NCBI GenBank assembly: GCA_937915175.1
Contig: CALDNA010000050.1
Location: 11,581 to 75,580, forward strand
DNA: 64,000 bases
Direction of reading: 5' to 3'
From: an uncultured euryarchaeote
GTDB taxonomy: Archaea > Thermoplasmatota > Poseidoniia > Poseidoniales > Poseidoniaceae
A model generated the notes under the pieces. That model had not been told where the DNA came from. It searched no databases and saw only the letters and a program-made list of their open reading frames with translations. Position numbers and translations under genes: made by a program. Positions 25,545 to 34,865 of this stretch are shown one piece after another (position 1 is the first letter of the stretch; each line of letters starts with the position of its first letter).

Positions 25545-26717
25545 ATGGCCAAGACATCCCCTGAGAACGGTGATGACAATGCCATCAATGAAGATGAAGA
25601 AATCAATCAAGCCGTCGCCGAACTTGAAGGCATTCATCCGATCGCTGAGGCCAACGCCAAAGCGGCCCCAACAAAGGCAATCGACCCGATTGATGAGGAC
25701 CCATTTGATGAACTCACAACTGAGGAAATGACTGAACAACTTCAGCGCAGCGGTCGGATGGTTATCGATACGTGCATGGACATTCGGCGCGGTGAAAACG
25801 TACTGATTGTGTGCGACCCTACAACCGGAGACATTGGTCAAGCCTTGCACGAAGCAGCAAACAGGCGCTCCGACCGAGTTCTCCTGATTGTCATGCCGAA
25901 AGCGCGCCATCACGGGGAGGAACCACCCGCACCGGTGGCGAACTTGATGAGGCAACAGCAAGTTGTGATTGCCCCCACCCGTTACTCGCTCACTCACACC
26001 CGAGCCGTCCGCCAAGCGTTGAAAGATCGCGCCCGGGTTGCAACGATGCCTGGAATGACCAATGAAATGTTCAGCAGAGGCGGTATGTCGGCGGATTTTA
26101 CTGATGTCAAGCGACGAATTGGGAACCTACAGCCTCATCTGCGGCGACGACGCATTCTCAATGTCAAGTCCGAACAGGGCACTGACGTCACGTTTGAAGT
26201 CAATTGGCGTGAATGGAAACTTGATGATAACGGAATTTGCAACCGCCCGAAAATGCTGACGAATTTACCCGCTGGGAAGGCGTTCATTATGCCCCGTGAA
26301 GGCACCATGAACGGCAAGGTTGTCATCGACGGTTCATGGGAATCAAATCTTGTCGACGAACCGGTAACCCTCACGATCGAAAACGGATTGGTCGTTGACG
26401 TCACAGGCGGAACAATCGCTGCCGCTATCCGCCAAGAATTTGGAGAAGCAGCAGGGCGTCTTCGGGTAAAGGACAGAGAAAACGTCTGGACCGTCGCTGA
26501 ATTTGGCATCGGAATGAACCCACAGGCTCGACTTTCAGGAAACGTATTGGAAGACGAAAAGAGACTCGGCACGTGCTATTTTGCTGTCGGTGATAACACC
26601 GCGCTGGGTGGCACATCATCCGTTGGAATTCACATTCCGGGCGTTCTCAAGGAACCAAGCCTCTGGTTTGACGACACCCAAGTGCTTGACAAGGGCGAAT
26701 TATTGTTGTCACTGTGA
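25545..26717 (+). CDS. aminopeptidase, AmpS/aminopeptidase-T-like (family M29), tentative
   Basis: GENVLIVCDPTTGDIGQALHEAA, NLPAGKAFIMPREGTMNGKVVIDG, EFGIGMNPQARLSGNVLEDEKRLGTCYFAVGDN...GIHIPGV. Start trimmed from 25086, because that extension overlaps the M32 gene on the opposite strand. Confidence 0.6.
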   Translation: MAKTSPENGDDNAINEDEEINQAVAELEGIHPIAEANAKAAPTKAIDPIDEDPFDELTTEEMTEQLQRSGRMVIDTCMDIRRGENVLIVCDPTTGDIGQALHEAANRRSDRVLLIVMPKARHHGEEPPAPVANLMRQQQVVIAPTRYSLTHTRAVRQALKDRARVATMPGMTNEMFSRGGMSADFTDVKRRIGNLQPHLRRRRILNVKSEQGTDVTFEVNWREWKLDDNGICNRPKMLTNLPAGKAFIMPREGTMNGKVVIDGSWESNLVDEPVTLTIENGLVVDVTGGTIAAAIRQEFGEAAGRLRVKDRENVWTVAEFGIGMNPQARLSGNVLEDEKRLGTCYFAVGDNTALGGTSSVGIHIPGVLKEPSLWFDDTQVLDKGELLLSL

Positions 26718-28352
26718 CCCTTGTGGAGCGTTCTGTGTTCCACAAATCGGACAGAACCTCCAGAACGGATCAAGACCGATGCCACAGCCTCGGCACATGA
26801 CACCAGATCGGATGGTTGGTTGAACCGAGGGCATGGTTGGATGCGGTTGATTCCACTGATGGTTTGACTGTTGTTGCTGATTCCAGCCTTGCTGTTGTTG
26901 TGCGGGTTGTTGTTGTTGATTCCACGCCTGTTGCTGTTGTTGTTGTTGATTCCATGCCTGTTGTTGCTGAGCGGCTTGTTGTTGAGCAGCTTGTTGCTGT
27001 TGATTCCAGTCCTGTTGCTGTTGTTGATCTGGTTGTGGCGTTGGTTCCTGAACGGGCTGTTCTTGCTGTGCAGGTTGATTCAATGGTTTTCGAATTGGTG
27101 CAACGGGCCGCGGGAGAGCAGCTGCTTTGTCCGCTGAAGAGGAAGCCATGAATTCAGAAAGCGAAACGCTCCCGTCCCCGTCTGTATCTGCTTCGGCGTG
27201 GAGCGCTGTGGCCTCTTCGACCGAAGTTCCTGTTGCAATCGCCAACTCTTCAATCGACAATTGCTCGCTGCCGTCGGTGTCAGCAGCGATGAAGTGTTCA
27301 GCAGCACTTGTGAACAATTCTTCTTCTGAAATCGGCATTTCAAGAGGGGTCAGTTCGGGTTGTGCCACGGGTGTTGGTTGTGGTTCTGGAACTGGTTCAA
27401 TCGCGGGTTCAGGAACCAGGACTTCCTCAACAACCGGTTCAGCCACTGGTTCAGCCACCGGAGCGGCTGCTTCTGCCTCTTCTTCTCCCATTCCAAGATC
27501 GAAGGCTCCTGCAAAAGCGTCTTGCGTGGCTTTGGCCACTTGCTTTTCGTTGGTTGTGTCAACCGTTGCTTCAACGGGTGTTAGGTTTGAGACAGGAGGC
27601 AGTTCCACCTTCGGTTGGGCGGGTTCTGCTTGGTTTGGAAGCGGAACTGGTGCTTCGGAGGGGAGCGGAACGCTCGGGGCAGCCTTGGTTGGCTTTTCTG
27701 AAACTGGCGCAGATTTGGCGGCCGTTGCAGAAGGTTTTGGCGGTAGAGCGACGCTTGAAGAAGCCGCTGTTCCACTCGCTAGCGTTGGCACAGGCAGGGC
27801 GTGGCCTGCAACGTCGAGCGCTGCTTCAAGTTCGTCGGCAATTGCTAACAGCGAATCGTGGTTTGATTCTGGTTGGGCCAAAAAGGATTCAAGACCTTGC
27901 AAATACCGGGTAACTTCACCCTTGCCTCCTGTAGCAAAAGCCACAGCGAGGAGTTTTAGAATCTTCATCGGGTCTGCAAAAGCAGTGAGTTTCGCCAGAT
28001 CATCAGCACTCATTGAATTCGATGCTCCCGAAAGACTGCCTGAGGAATCTGGCAAGCCAATGTAGTTCAGCAAAGGGTCCGGCATGGACATAATACCAAG
28101 ATGGCCTGCAACGAGATAGTAAATCTCGCCGCCTTCACATTGAATGCGTTCGCTTGCAGCGGTGAAATCAAATTCTCCGGGCAAAAGGACCACATCGGAG
28201 AGCACTTCGAAGAATTTCTCCATTGCTTCAGTGCGGTCCATGTCCATAAGCGTGTGAACCATATCCGAGGATTCAGTTACACCAAAGTAAGCCGCAGCAT
28301 CATCCACTTCAATGCCATCTGGCATTGATTCTCCGGGCAATTCATCGACCAT
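26709..28352 (-). CDS. cytosolic protein: novel N-domain, Pro/Glu/Val-rich linker, one EF-hand pair, Q/N-rich tract, C-terminal zinc ribbon
   Basis: No signal peptide or TM helix. EF-hand loops DTDGSEQLSIEE and DTDGDGSVSLSE. Q-rich tract QQQQQDWNQQQQAAQQQAAQQQQAWNQQQQQQQAWNQQQQPAQQQQGWNQQQQSNHQWNQ. Terminal CRGCGIGLDPFWRFCPICG. Confidence 0.8.
   Translation of the reverse strand: MVDELPGESMPDGIEVDDAAAYFGVTESSDMVHTLMDMDRTEAMEKFFEVLSDVVLLPGEFDFTAASERIQCEGGEIYYLVAGHLGIMSMPDPLLNYIGLPDSSGSLSGASNSMSADDLAKLTAFADPMKILKLLAVAFATGGKGEVTRYLQGLESFLAQPESNHDSLLAIADELEAALDVAGHALPVPTLASGTAASSSVALPPKPSATAAKSAPVSEKPTKAAPSVPLPSEAPVPLPNQAEPAQPKVELPPVSNLTPVEATVDTTNEKQVAKATQDAFAGAFDLGMGEEEAEAAAPVAEPVAEPVVEEVLVPEPAIEPVPEPQPTPVAQPELTPLEMPISEEELFTSAAEHFIAADTDGSEQLSIEELAIATGTSVEEATALHAEADTDGDGSVSLSEFMASSSADKAAALPRPVAPIRKPLNQPAQQEQPVQEPTPQPDQQQQQDWNQQQQAAQQQAAQQQQAWNQQQQQQQAWNQQQQPAQQQQGWNQQQQSNHQWNQPHPTMPSVQPTIRSGVMCRGCGIGLDPFWRFCPICGTQNAPQGSQ
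26845..27080 (-). repeat. CAA/CAG-rich low-complexity region with a recurring WNQ(Q)n unit
   Basis: The plus strand shows TTGATTCCA five times, embedded in (TTG/CTG)n runs. It encodes a ~77-aa Q-rich tract. Confidence 0.8.
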
Positions 28353-28434
28353 GATTCAACCCCTTACGCCTTGGCCACTTGTGCACTGTTTTTGAGGATG
28401 ATGCCACAGAGTGTTCGTGAAAAGCCCATTCTAA

Positions 28435-31400
28435 TCAGCGACTCCTTCCAAGATCAAAAATGGCTCGCGATTGAGGAGCAGACCAGCCTGTTTCTTGCAA
28501 TTGCATCATGATTGTGCGTTCAAGATCCCCATCATCGAGGGCTGTTCGAACCCAATCGGCTGCGGATTCTCGGTCCTCTGTTTGCCAGTCTTCAAAGATA
28601 CTCAAATCAATCTTGATGCGTGCTTTGCGAACTTTTGCTGAACCGTCATCCTCAGGTTCTTCTTCGGTTTGCACATCAGGGATTTTAGCAGCCGTTGTGC
28701 GCCCTCGCGGAGGCCCGGAAGGTGCCTTCGATTGCGGAGGTCCAGAAGATGGACTGCGCCCTGGAGGCCCGCTCTTTGCTGGACCTGCCCGACTTGGAAG
28801 AGAACGCCCTGAAGGCCCTGCTGCAGGTTTCGGGGTCGAGCGAGGTTGGGTGCGTTGTGGGGTCGCACGGGTCGAAGGGAAAGAAGAGGCGAAGCTCCCC
28901 TCGTCTTCATCTTCATCCCAGTCCTCGTCTTCATCGTCGTCATCATAATCGAAATCGTCGCTGCGCAATAGGCGCAAGAGAAGCATGACGAGAAGACCTA
29001 CGCCGAGCAAACCGCCTACGCCGGCGAGAATGGTCATTATTGGAGAGGAACCAAACAGACCACTGGAGGATTCATCATCGCTGGTTGCCTTTATTGGGCA
29101 TCCATCGCCGTAACCACCGTCAGACCCTGCGGGTTCATCTGGACAGTTGTCAAAGTAATCGGCCGTCCCATCGTTGTCTGAATCACTTTGAGTTGGGTCG
29201 CAACCTGTTGAATCAACATAGGTCTTGTAGGCAGGTTCTGTATCAGGGCATAAGTCTGGATCCTCACCTGATGCATTGTCACCGTAGCCGTCGCGGTCCC
29301 GGTCTTCCCACTGAGTTGGATTCCCAGCCATGCCTACGGGTTCAAAGAGGTCCCGATAGCCATCGCCGTCATCGAAGCATCCAAGGAAATCAATGTATGA
29401 AGTTCCATTTTCCAGCGGGCACTGATCTGCGTTGTTTCCTTCAAGGTTATCGCCGTAGCCATCGCCATCTTGATCGAACCATTGAGTTCCATCGGTTGGG
29501 AATGCATCCCCTTGTTGGTTGTCACGAAGCCCATTTGTTGCGTTGAGAACATAGGTGTAAGCACCCTTGAAGCCGTCTCCATCGAGATCATCTTCGAGGG
29601 CAGTTTCATCGGTGCAGCCTACATCATCGACCGGGAAACCGGTGGGCGTATCTGGGCAGTCGTCTTCCGCATCCAGAACACCGTCCCCATCGGTGTCAAT
29701 TTGGTTTGAAGCGCAACCGTTAGCGTCAACGTCTGTACCCGATGTAAACGGGCAGATGTCCTGTGGGTCGAACACACCGTCGCCATCGCTGTCGGCCACT
29801 CTTTGGGCCTCGCTGCATCCGGTTTCATCAACAATATCTTGATACTCAGTCTGGTCGCATTGATCCATATCGTTCATGATGCCATCCTGATCGTCGTCCA
29901 GTTGATTGTCGGCGCATCCAGCAGCGTTGACGGTCAAGCCTGAATCTGTGTTGGGGCACGTGTCTTCTTCATTGGAAACAAAGTCGCCATCGTCATCGCT
30001 ATCGTCGATGAAACGGCAACCAATGCCTGTTTCACCGTTGAGTGGAACTGTTCCGTTGAGAACACCGACTGTTGTTTTGCACTCGTCAGCCTGATAGCCA
30101 TCTGAGTTGTCACCAAACCCATCCTGATCGAAATCCAACCACTGGGTTGGTTCGAGTGGGAAGGCGTCGACCGAATCATCCCATCCATCGCCGTCGATGT
30201 CAGGGCACCCGTGAACTGGATTTGTCGAGTTGCCCCAAACGCCAGGGCATCCATCAAGCATCAGACCTGCACCGTTGTTGGTTTGGTCTTCATCTGATAG
30301 GTCATAGAATGCGGTCCAACTGTCAGGATAACCATCGCTGTCGTTGTCAACTGCTGCTGCAATGTTATCGGGGAACTTGTCCGGGTTTGTGGCCTCGTTG
30401 GAACTGTTATCTCCATAGCCGTCGCCGTCTGAATCCGCCCATTGCGTCGGGTCATTTGCCCACATGTCAGCGCCGGAACTTGTGTTCCACTCTAAGAATT
30501 CTCCAAGGTCCGAAGGGTCAGAAGACCCGTCGTTGTCGGTGTCAAGGCACCCGTTTCGGTCTCGCCATGAGGCGCCCCAATTCCACGGGCAAGCATCACC
30601 TGTCACAGAGTCGCTGTCGTTATCGCCCCAGCCGTCGCCATCATAATCGGAGTATTGTAAAGGGTTGAACGGGAACAAATCACCTGCTGGACTGTTTGGG
30701 TCAAGAGGGGTTGCGCAACAATCTGGACCGGAGTTGTCGCCATAGCCGTCACCGTCTGAATCCTTGGCCTGCTTCCAATTGAGGATAAACTCATCACCGC
30801 CAAAGTACGTTGCATCGTTATCCGACCAGCCATCTTGGTCGTAGTCCAGACAACCGAGGCGACCAAGCCAAGAACTGCCCGGACCATCCTGGCATCCATC
30901 AATGGTGTCCGCATAGCCATCTGCGTCATAGTCAGAGCAGCCATGAACATAGAACGAAGACGATGCTGCTGCGTTAGGGCATTCGTCACCAAACGGCCCG
31001 TTGGCGTTATCGCCGTAGTTGTCACCATCGCTGTCGGCCCATTGATTGCCAAGCAACGGCAAGTCATCGACGAGGTCGAAAATTAGATCCCGATCGGTAT
31101 CGACATAGATTCGAAGAACACCGACGTCATCGAGGATGTCATCCCAATAAGCAAGGTGAATGGTTCCATTTCCATCAGTTTGTGCCCCTGTTTGACTTCC
31201 AACAGTACGGTAACCAAAGGCGAGGCTCGACCAGGTGCTGTTGGATTGATTCGCTCGATGCTTCGAAATTGTGTTCCAAGTGAGTTCGTTGTTTGAGCCG
31301 CTGCTCGTCATGAGCAAATAGTGGTCGTCCATCACCACAAGGTCCCAAGCGCCCTCGAGGTTTGAAGCAGGCTGTGGGGCATTAAGCGGCGACCACACCG

Positions 31401-34400
31401 TGCTGTTCACGCGGCTGTGCAAAGAGGGGAGGAGGCTTGAATCACTGTGGACTGCCATCATTGGCTGCTGACCACCAATAAGATCGAGGTTGAATTGATT
31501 GGTGCTTCCGGGAAGTTGCGCCGTGTAACTTGTCCAATTGCTTGCGTTTGGGCTTAATTCATGGACCGATAGGGTTCCCGTTGTGGTCAAAACCGCAGCC
31601 ATGATTGTTCCGTTTGGCCCAAGAGCAAGTCGCAGGTCAGAAGAGAAGTCGGAAAGGGGAGCAATCGAATGAACATCAACGGCGCTCCCATTCATCACCC
31701 ACAACGAAAGGTTGGAGGTGGTTTCATCGCTTGTCACCAAGAGGATTGCGAGTGAGCCATCAGCGAGGTAGGCGGCTGATTGTTGATTGGAAACGACCGA
31801 TCCGGATGAAGAGAGGTTATCGAAGCTCCAAGCGCTTGATGCCGCTGGTTGACGGGCGATTTCTAACACGTTATTTGATGCATCTCGATAGATCAAAACG
31901 GTTTCATTGTTGGTTGAGGCCAAGCCCTGGGTCATGACTGAAACAGGTCCATCAAGGCTGATTGAAGAGCGTACCATCGAGGTCGTCCATCCATTTTCAG
32001 TTTCAATAGAGGTGAACAGTTGGTTTGTACCTGCCGAGGCGTAAGCGAGCCTTTGTTGGCCCAACACATCGAGGTTGGAGCCAAGGTGTTCGCCAAATTG
32101 GCCGGTGCTGACGAGCGTCTGCTCCACAGCAGTGTGGCCAAGTATGGAACGAAGAATCAAGCCGTTTTGAGCATCTGCTTCAAGGATGATTGGGCGCCCA
32201 GACTCTGTAACGCTGAAGGCATAGCGTTGGGATTGATTGCTGCTCTCAACGACGGTGGTTTCTTTCCAAACTCCCGCAGGCGTTCCGTCGTTGACGTGTT
32301 CGCTGTACAAGGAAGCGTTGTTGTCAAAGGTAAGGAACATGCTGGTTTCACCGCGCTTGGAGGTGCTGAGGTCCAATTGGGTAAGGTTTCCGTCATGCAA
32401 GAAGGAAGTGGCTTCCCAATCCCGTTCGGAGTGGATTTGATACACCAAAGTTGTCGGATTTGTGGACAAATCATGGCGGCTGAGAATAATTTCGCTGAGC
32501 CCGTCGCCGTCGATGTCCCCCTGCGTTGCCGCAAGAAGTCCGATGTTCTCACCAGTTTGACCCGTTGCCAAAAGTTCCCAGTCTGAACGCAAACCAATCG
32601 AAGAGCCGAGAATTAATTCCACCTTACCGCTGTCGCCAGGGTTGGCTTGCATGATTAAAACATCATCATAGCCATCTTCGTTCACGTCACCAGCAGGCTC
32701 TATTGTACGTCCAATCAAGGCGTTACTTTGGCCCGACTCGAGGGAATAATCTGGAGCCGAAGAAGCAATCCCTGATCCTGTACCATAGTAGGCCCATATC
32801 TTTCCGCTCCGATACGCTGTACCATTGAATGGCTCGTTGAACATGAAATCATCATACCCGTCCGAATTGACATCGCCAAGGTAGTTAATCGTCGATCCCA
32901 TTAATTGCCCTTGAATATTGGACACAATGCTTTGATCGAGGGTTCCATTGTATCCGTTCTGGCTGCCAAAGAAGATTTCAATTGATGAATAACCAAGTGG
33001 ATTATCAAAATCGCCGGTGTTTGAGACCAGTAAATCGCTCATCCCGTCCCCATTCAAATCCCCATTGGAGGCAAAAGATTGACCAAACATTGGCCCAGAT
33101 CTGCTTTGAGTGATGTTGCGCAGGTGGTCAAGGCCACTTGCGCTTCCGTTGAAAATTAGAATTTTCCCGTGGTTTGTCTTTACGTCGGTCACCTGCTCGA
33201 CGTACCCTCGAGCTGAGGCGACAAGGTCTGCCATTGAATCGCCGTTCATGGTGACTGAGGCGCTGAGCTTCCACCCAAGTTGTTCGGCATCATTACCCGA
33301 GGTGTTCCACCAAGCGTTTGACTCGAGACCGCTGCTGTTGCCAAGGTAAACCTGAATTCGACCTGGCGCACCGGTAAAGTTCTCGCTCGTATCGTTCCAA
33401 CCCGGGGCACCAATCGCAACATCGTGGTAGCCATCGCCGTTAAAATCTCCAACTGCAACACCGTGGGCGAACAATTCATGTTCCATTTCGCCTTGAAGAA
33501 TCAAGTCTGGTTGTTGTGCGGAGCCATCGCCTAAAGCAGATGCAACGCCCGTGGTTGAACCGTAGCGGACGAGCACTCGCCCCGTATCCGAAGCATTTCC
33601 GTCATGATAGGGTTCAGCGATGAGAACATCATCGAATCCATCGCCGTTGAAATCGCCCATTACAACAGATCCTTGGCCCGATTCCTGCCCACCAGTGAGG
33701 TTGAGGCTCGGAGTTGGGTTGATCCGCCCGGTTTCTTGACCAGAGAGGCTGCGCAGCAAGGACACTTCGACTTGATTCAGAGCGGGACTGGTCGTTGTTA
33801 CAATTTGCTCGAGCGCATTTGCATCAAGCCCCATTCCGATGTGTGACCGTAGGTCATCGCTGCGTGCCAATACACGATGATCGTAAGATGAACCATCTAC
33901 GCGGATCAATCGAACTTCGCCCGCTTCAGGCGCGACATAAGCAAGGTGAGCAACCATGTTGTGATCGATAGCGAGTTCGATGTCTTCGCCCACGGGGCCG
34001 ATGTCAAGAAGAGCATGCGACCAGCGTGTGCCGCTGAAATTTAATTGCCACAGGGATTCGTTTGAATCCCTGAACACGCCCCATTCGAGTTCATTTTCTC
34101 GAAGGTTGAGTCTGAAATCTGTTGGGTTGACGTCTTCGAGGATGGTTCGGGTGAGCCATGTGGTTTCTAAGTAGACTTGGCCAGCGTAGGCGACACGGGC
34201 CACCTTGATGTCTTGACCATCGGCATACATGATGTATGGACGGCCGTTTTCACTGATGGCCAGTGCGCAATCGACGAGCGTTTCTTCGGTGCTTGGTGCT
34301 ACGTTATCAACAACAGCATCGGTCCAAGATCCTGTAAAGGTCCGGCTTGCATAATGCACTTCACCTTCGACCGTGCTCCAGCAGAAGTTCATTTTCTCAC

Positions 34401-34722
34401 GCCCAGTAATCACAACATCGGGGGTTCCAGGCGTTATGTTCTCAAACTGATGAAGGGTTGATTGCGTCCATGCGTCCAGTCCAGACTCTTGGCGAACTTC
34501 GGCTGATTCAAGTCCGTCAAAGGAGATGAACTCACCAGCAAAGTCGTGACCATAGCCACTTGAAAAGGGAACATGTGCGCTCGTTGGCATCGCTTTGATC
34601 TCTTCCTGCAAGGCATCGACCGGAGTTGAATGCGAGACAAGCGGTGCGAAGGATTGAATCAAAAAAAGTACGGTGAGTGCGAGAGCGAGAGTAGGAAAAG
34701 ATACACTACGCTCAACGGCCAT
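28435..34722 (-). CDS. giant type-I surface protein: signal peptide, 7x FG-GAP (integrin-alpha-like) repeats, unassigned beta-rich region, ~18 thrombospondin-type-3-like Ca-binding repeats, TM helix, 176-aa cytoplasmic tail
   Basis: Start set at MAVERSVSFPTLALALTVLFLIQSFAPLVS (34722). FG-GAP loops: GDFNGDGFDDVLIAEP, GDFNGDGYHDVAIGAP, MNGDSMADLVASA, GDLNGDGMSDLLVSN, GDVNSDGYDDFMFNEP, GDVNEDGYDDVLIMQ, GDIDGDGLSEIILS. TSP3-like loops include DSDGDNYGDN, DYDQDGWSDND, DSDGDGYGDNS, DTDGDGVLDAED. TM helix IMTILAGVGGLLGVGLLVMLLLRLL. Confidence 0.9.
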   Translation of the reverse strand: MAVERSVSFPTLALALTVLFLIQSFAPLVSHSTPVDALQEEIKAMPTSAHVPFSSGYGHDFAGEFISFDGLESAEVRQESGLDAWTQSTLHQFENITPGTPDVVITGREKMNFCWSTVEGEVHYASRTFTGSWTDAVVDNVAPSTEETLVDCALAISENGRPYIMYADGQDIKVARVAYAGQVYLETTWLTRTILEDVNPTDFRLNLRENELEWGVFRDSNESLWQLNFSGTRWSHALLDIGPVGEDIELAIDHNMVAHLAYVAPEAGEVRLIRVDGSSYDHRVLARSDDLRSHIGMGLDANALEQIVTTTSPALNQVEVSLLRSLSGQETGRINPTPSLNLTGGQESGQGSVVMGDFNGDGFDDVLIAEPYHDGNASDTGRVLVRYGSTTGVASALGDGSAQQPDLILQGEMEHELFAHGVAVGDFNGDGYHDVAIGAPGWNDTSENFTGAPGRIQVYLGNSSGLESNAWWNTSGNDAEQLGWKLSASVTMNGDSMADLVASARGYVEQVTDVKTNHGKILIFNGSASGLDHLRNITQSRSGPMFGQSFASNGDLNGDGMSDLLVSNTGDFDNPLGYSSIEIFFGSQNGYNGTLDQSIVSNIQGQLMGSTINYLGDVNSDGYDDFMFNEPFNGTAYRSGKIWAYYGTGSGIASSAPDYSLESGQSNALIGRTIEPAGDVNEDGYDDVLIMQANPGDSGKVELILGSSIGLRSDWELLATGQTGENIGLLAATQGDIDGDGLSEIILSRHDLSTNPTTLVYQIHSERDWEATSFLHDGNLTQLDLSTSKRGETSMFLTFDNNASLYSEHVNDGTPAGVWKETTVVESSNQSQRYAFSVTESGRPIILEADAQNGLILRSILGHTAVEQTLVSTGQFGEHLGSNLDVLGQQRLAYASAGTNQLFTSIETENGWTTSMVRSSISLDGPVSVMTQGLASTNNETVLIYRDASNNVLEIARQPAASSAWSFDNLSSSGSVVSNQQSAAYLADGSLAILLVTSDETTSNLSLWVMNGSAVDVHSIAPLSDFSSDLRLALGPNGTIMAAVLTTTGTLSVHELSPNASNWTSYTAQLPGSTNQFNLDLIGGQQPMMAVHSDSSLLPSLHSRVNSTVWSPLNAPQPASNLEGAWDLVVMDDHYLLMTSSGSNNELTWNTISKHRANQSNSTWSSLAFGYRTVGSQTGAQTDGNGTIHLAYWDDILDDVGVLRIYVDTDRDLIFDLVDDLPLLGNQWADSDGDNYGDNANGPFGDECPNAAASSSFYVHGCSDYDADGYADTIDGCQDGPGSSWLGRLGCLDYDQDGWSDNDATYFGGDEFILNWKQAKDSDGDGYGDNSGPDCCATPLDPNSPAGDLFPFNPLQYSDYDGDGWGDNDSDSVTGDACPWNWGASWRDRNGCLDTDNDGSSDPSDLGEFLEWNTSSGADMWANDPTQWADSDGDGYGDNSSNEATNPDKFPDNIAAAVDNDSDGYPDSWTAFYDLSDEDQTNNGAGLMLDGCPGVWGNSTNPVHGCPDIDGDGWDDSVDAFPLEPTQWLDFDQDGFGDNSDGYQADECKTTVGVLNGTVPLNGETGIGCRFIDDSDDDGDFVSNEEDTCPNTDSGLTVNAAGCADNQLDDDQDGIMNDMDQCDQTEYQDIVDETGCSEAQRVADSDGDGVFDPQDICPFTSGTDVDANGCASNQIDTDGDGVLDAEDDCPDTPTGFPVDDVGCTDETALEDDLDGDGFKGAYTYVLNATNGLRDNQQGDAFPTDGTQWFDQDGDGYGDNLEGNNADQCPLENGTSYIDFLGCFDDGDGYRDLFEPVGMAGNPTQWEDRDRDGYGDNASGEDPDLCPDTEPAYKTYVDSTGCDPTQSDSDNDGTADYFDNCPDEPAGSDGGYGDGCPIKATSDDESSSGLFGSSPIMTILAGVGGLLGVGLLVMLLLRLLRSDDFDYDDDDEDEDWDEDEDEGSFASSFPSTRATPQRTQPRSTPKPAAGPSGRSLPSRAGPAKSGPPGRSPSSGPPQSKAPSGPPRGRTTAAKIPDVQTEEEPEDDGSAKVRKARIKIDLSIFEDWQTEDRESAADWVRTALDDGDLERTIMMQLQETGWSAPQSRAIFDLGRSR

Positions 34723-34865
34723 GAAGCCCTGTGACCCCCCCTCATTGAAAACGCTTGTCGAAAAATGCCCATCATGACCCCCGTAGGGGGTCAGGTGAAC
34801 AACCGCCAACATCGACCAAAAAACGCAGGGGAGAAGTTGACAAAAGAGGAACTTCTCGTGAGGTC

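Noticed and set aside
27127-28065. 312-aa plus-strand ORF (S/A/G-rich) and 27362-27913 ORF antisense to the EF-hand/polyQ gene
   Set aside because: These low-complexity shadow frames sit opposite a Pro/Ala/Glu-rich coding region. The minus-strand frame has EF-hands and a zinc ribbon.
29040-31086. Many 60-200-aa ORFs on both strands inside the giant adhesin's TSP3 region
   Set aside because: As with the smaller TSP3 gene, these are repeat-DNA shadow frames. A single 6.3-kb frame with coherent domain order explains the region.
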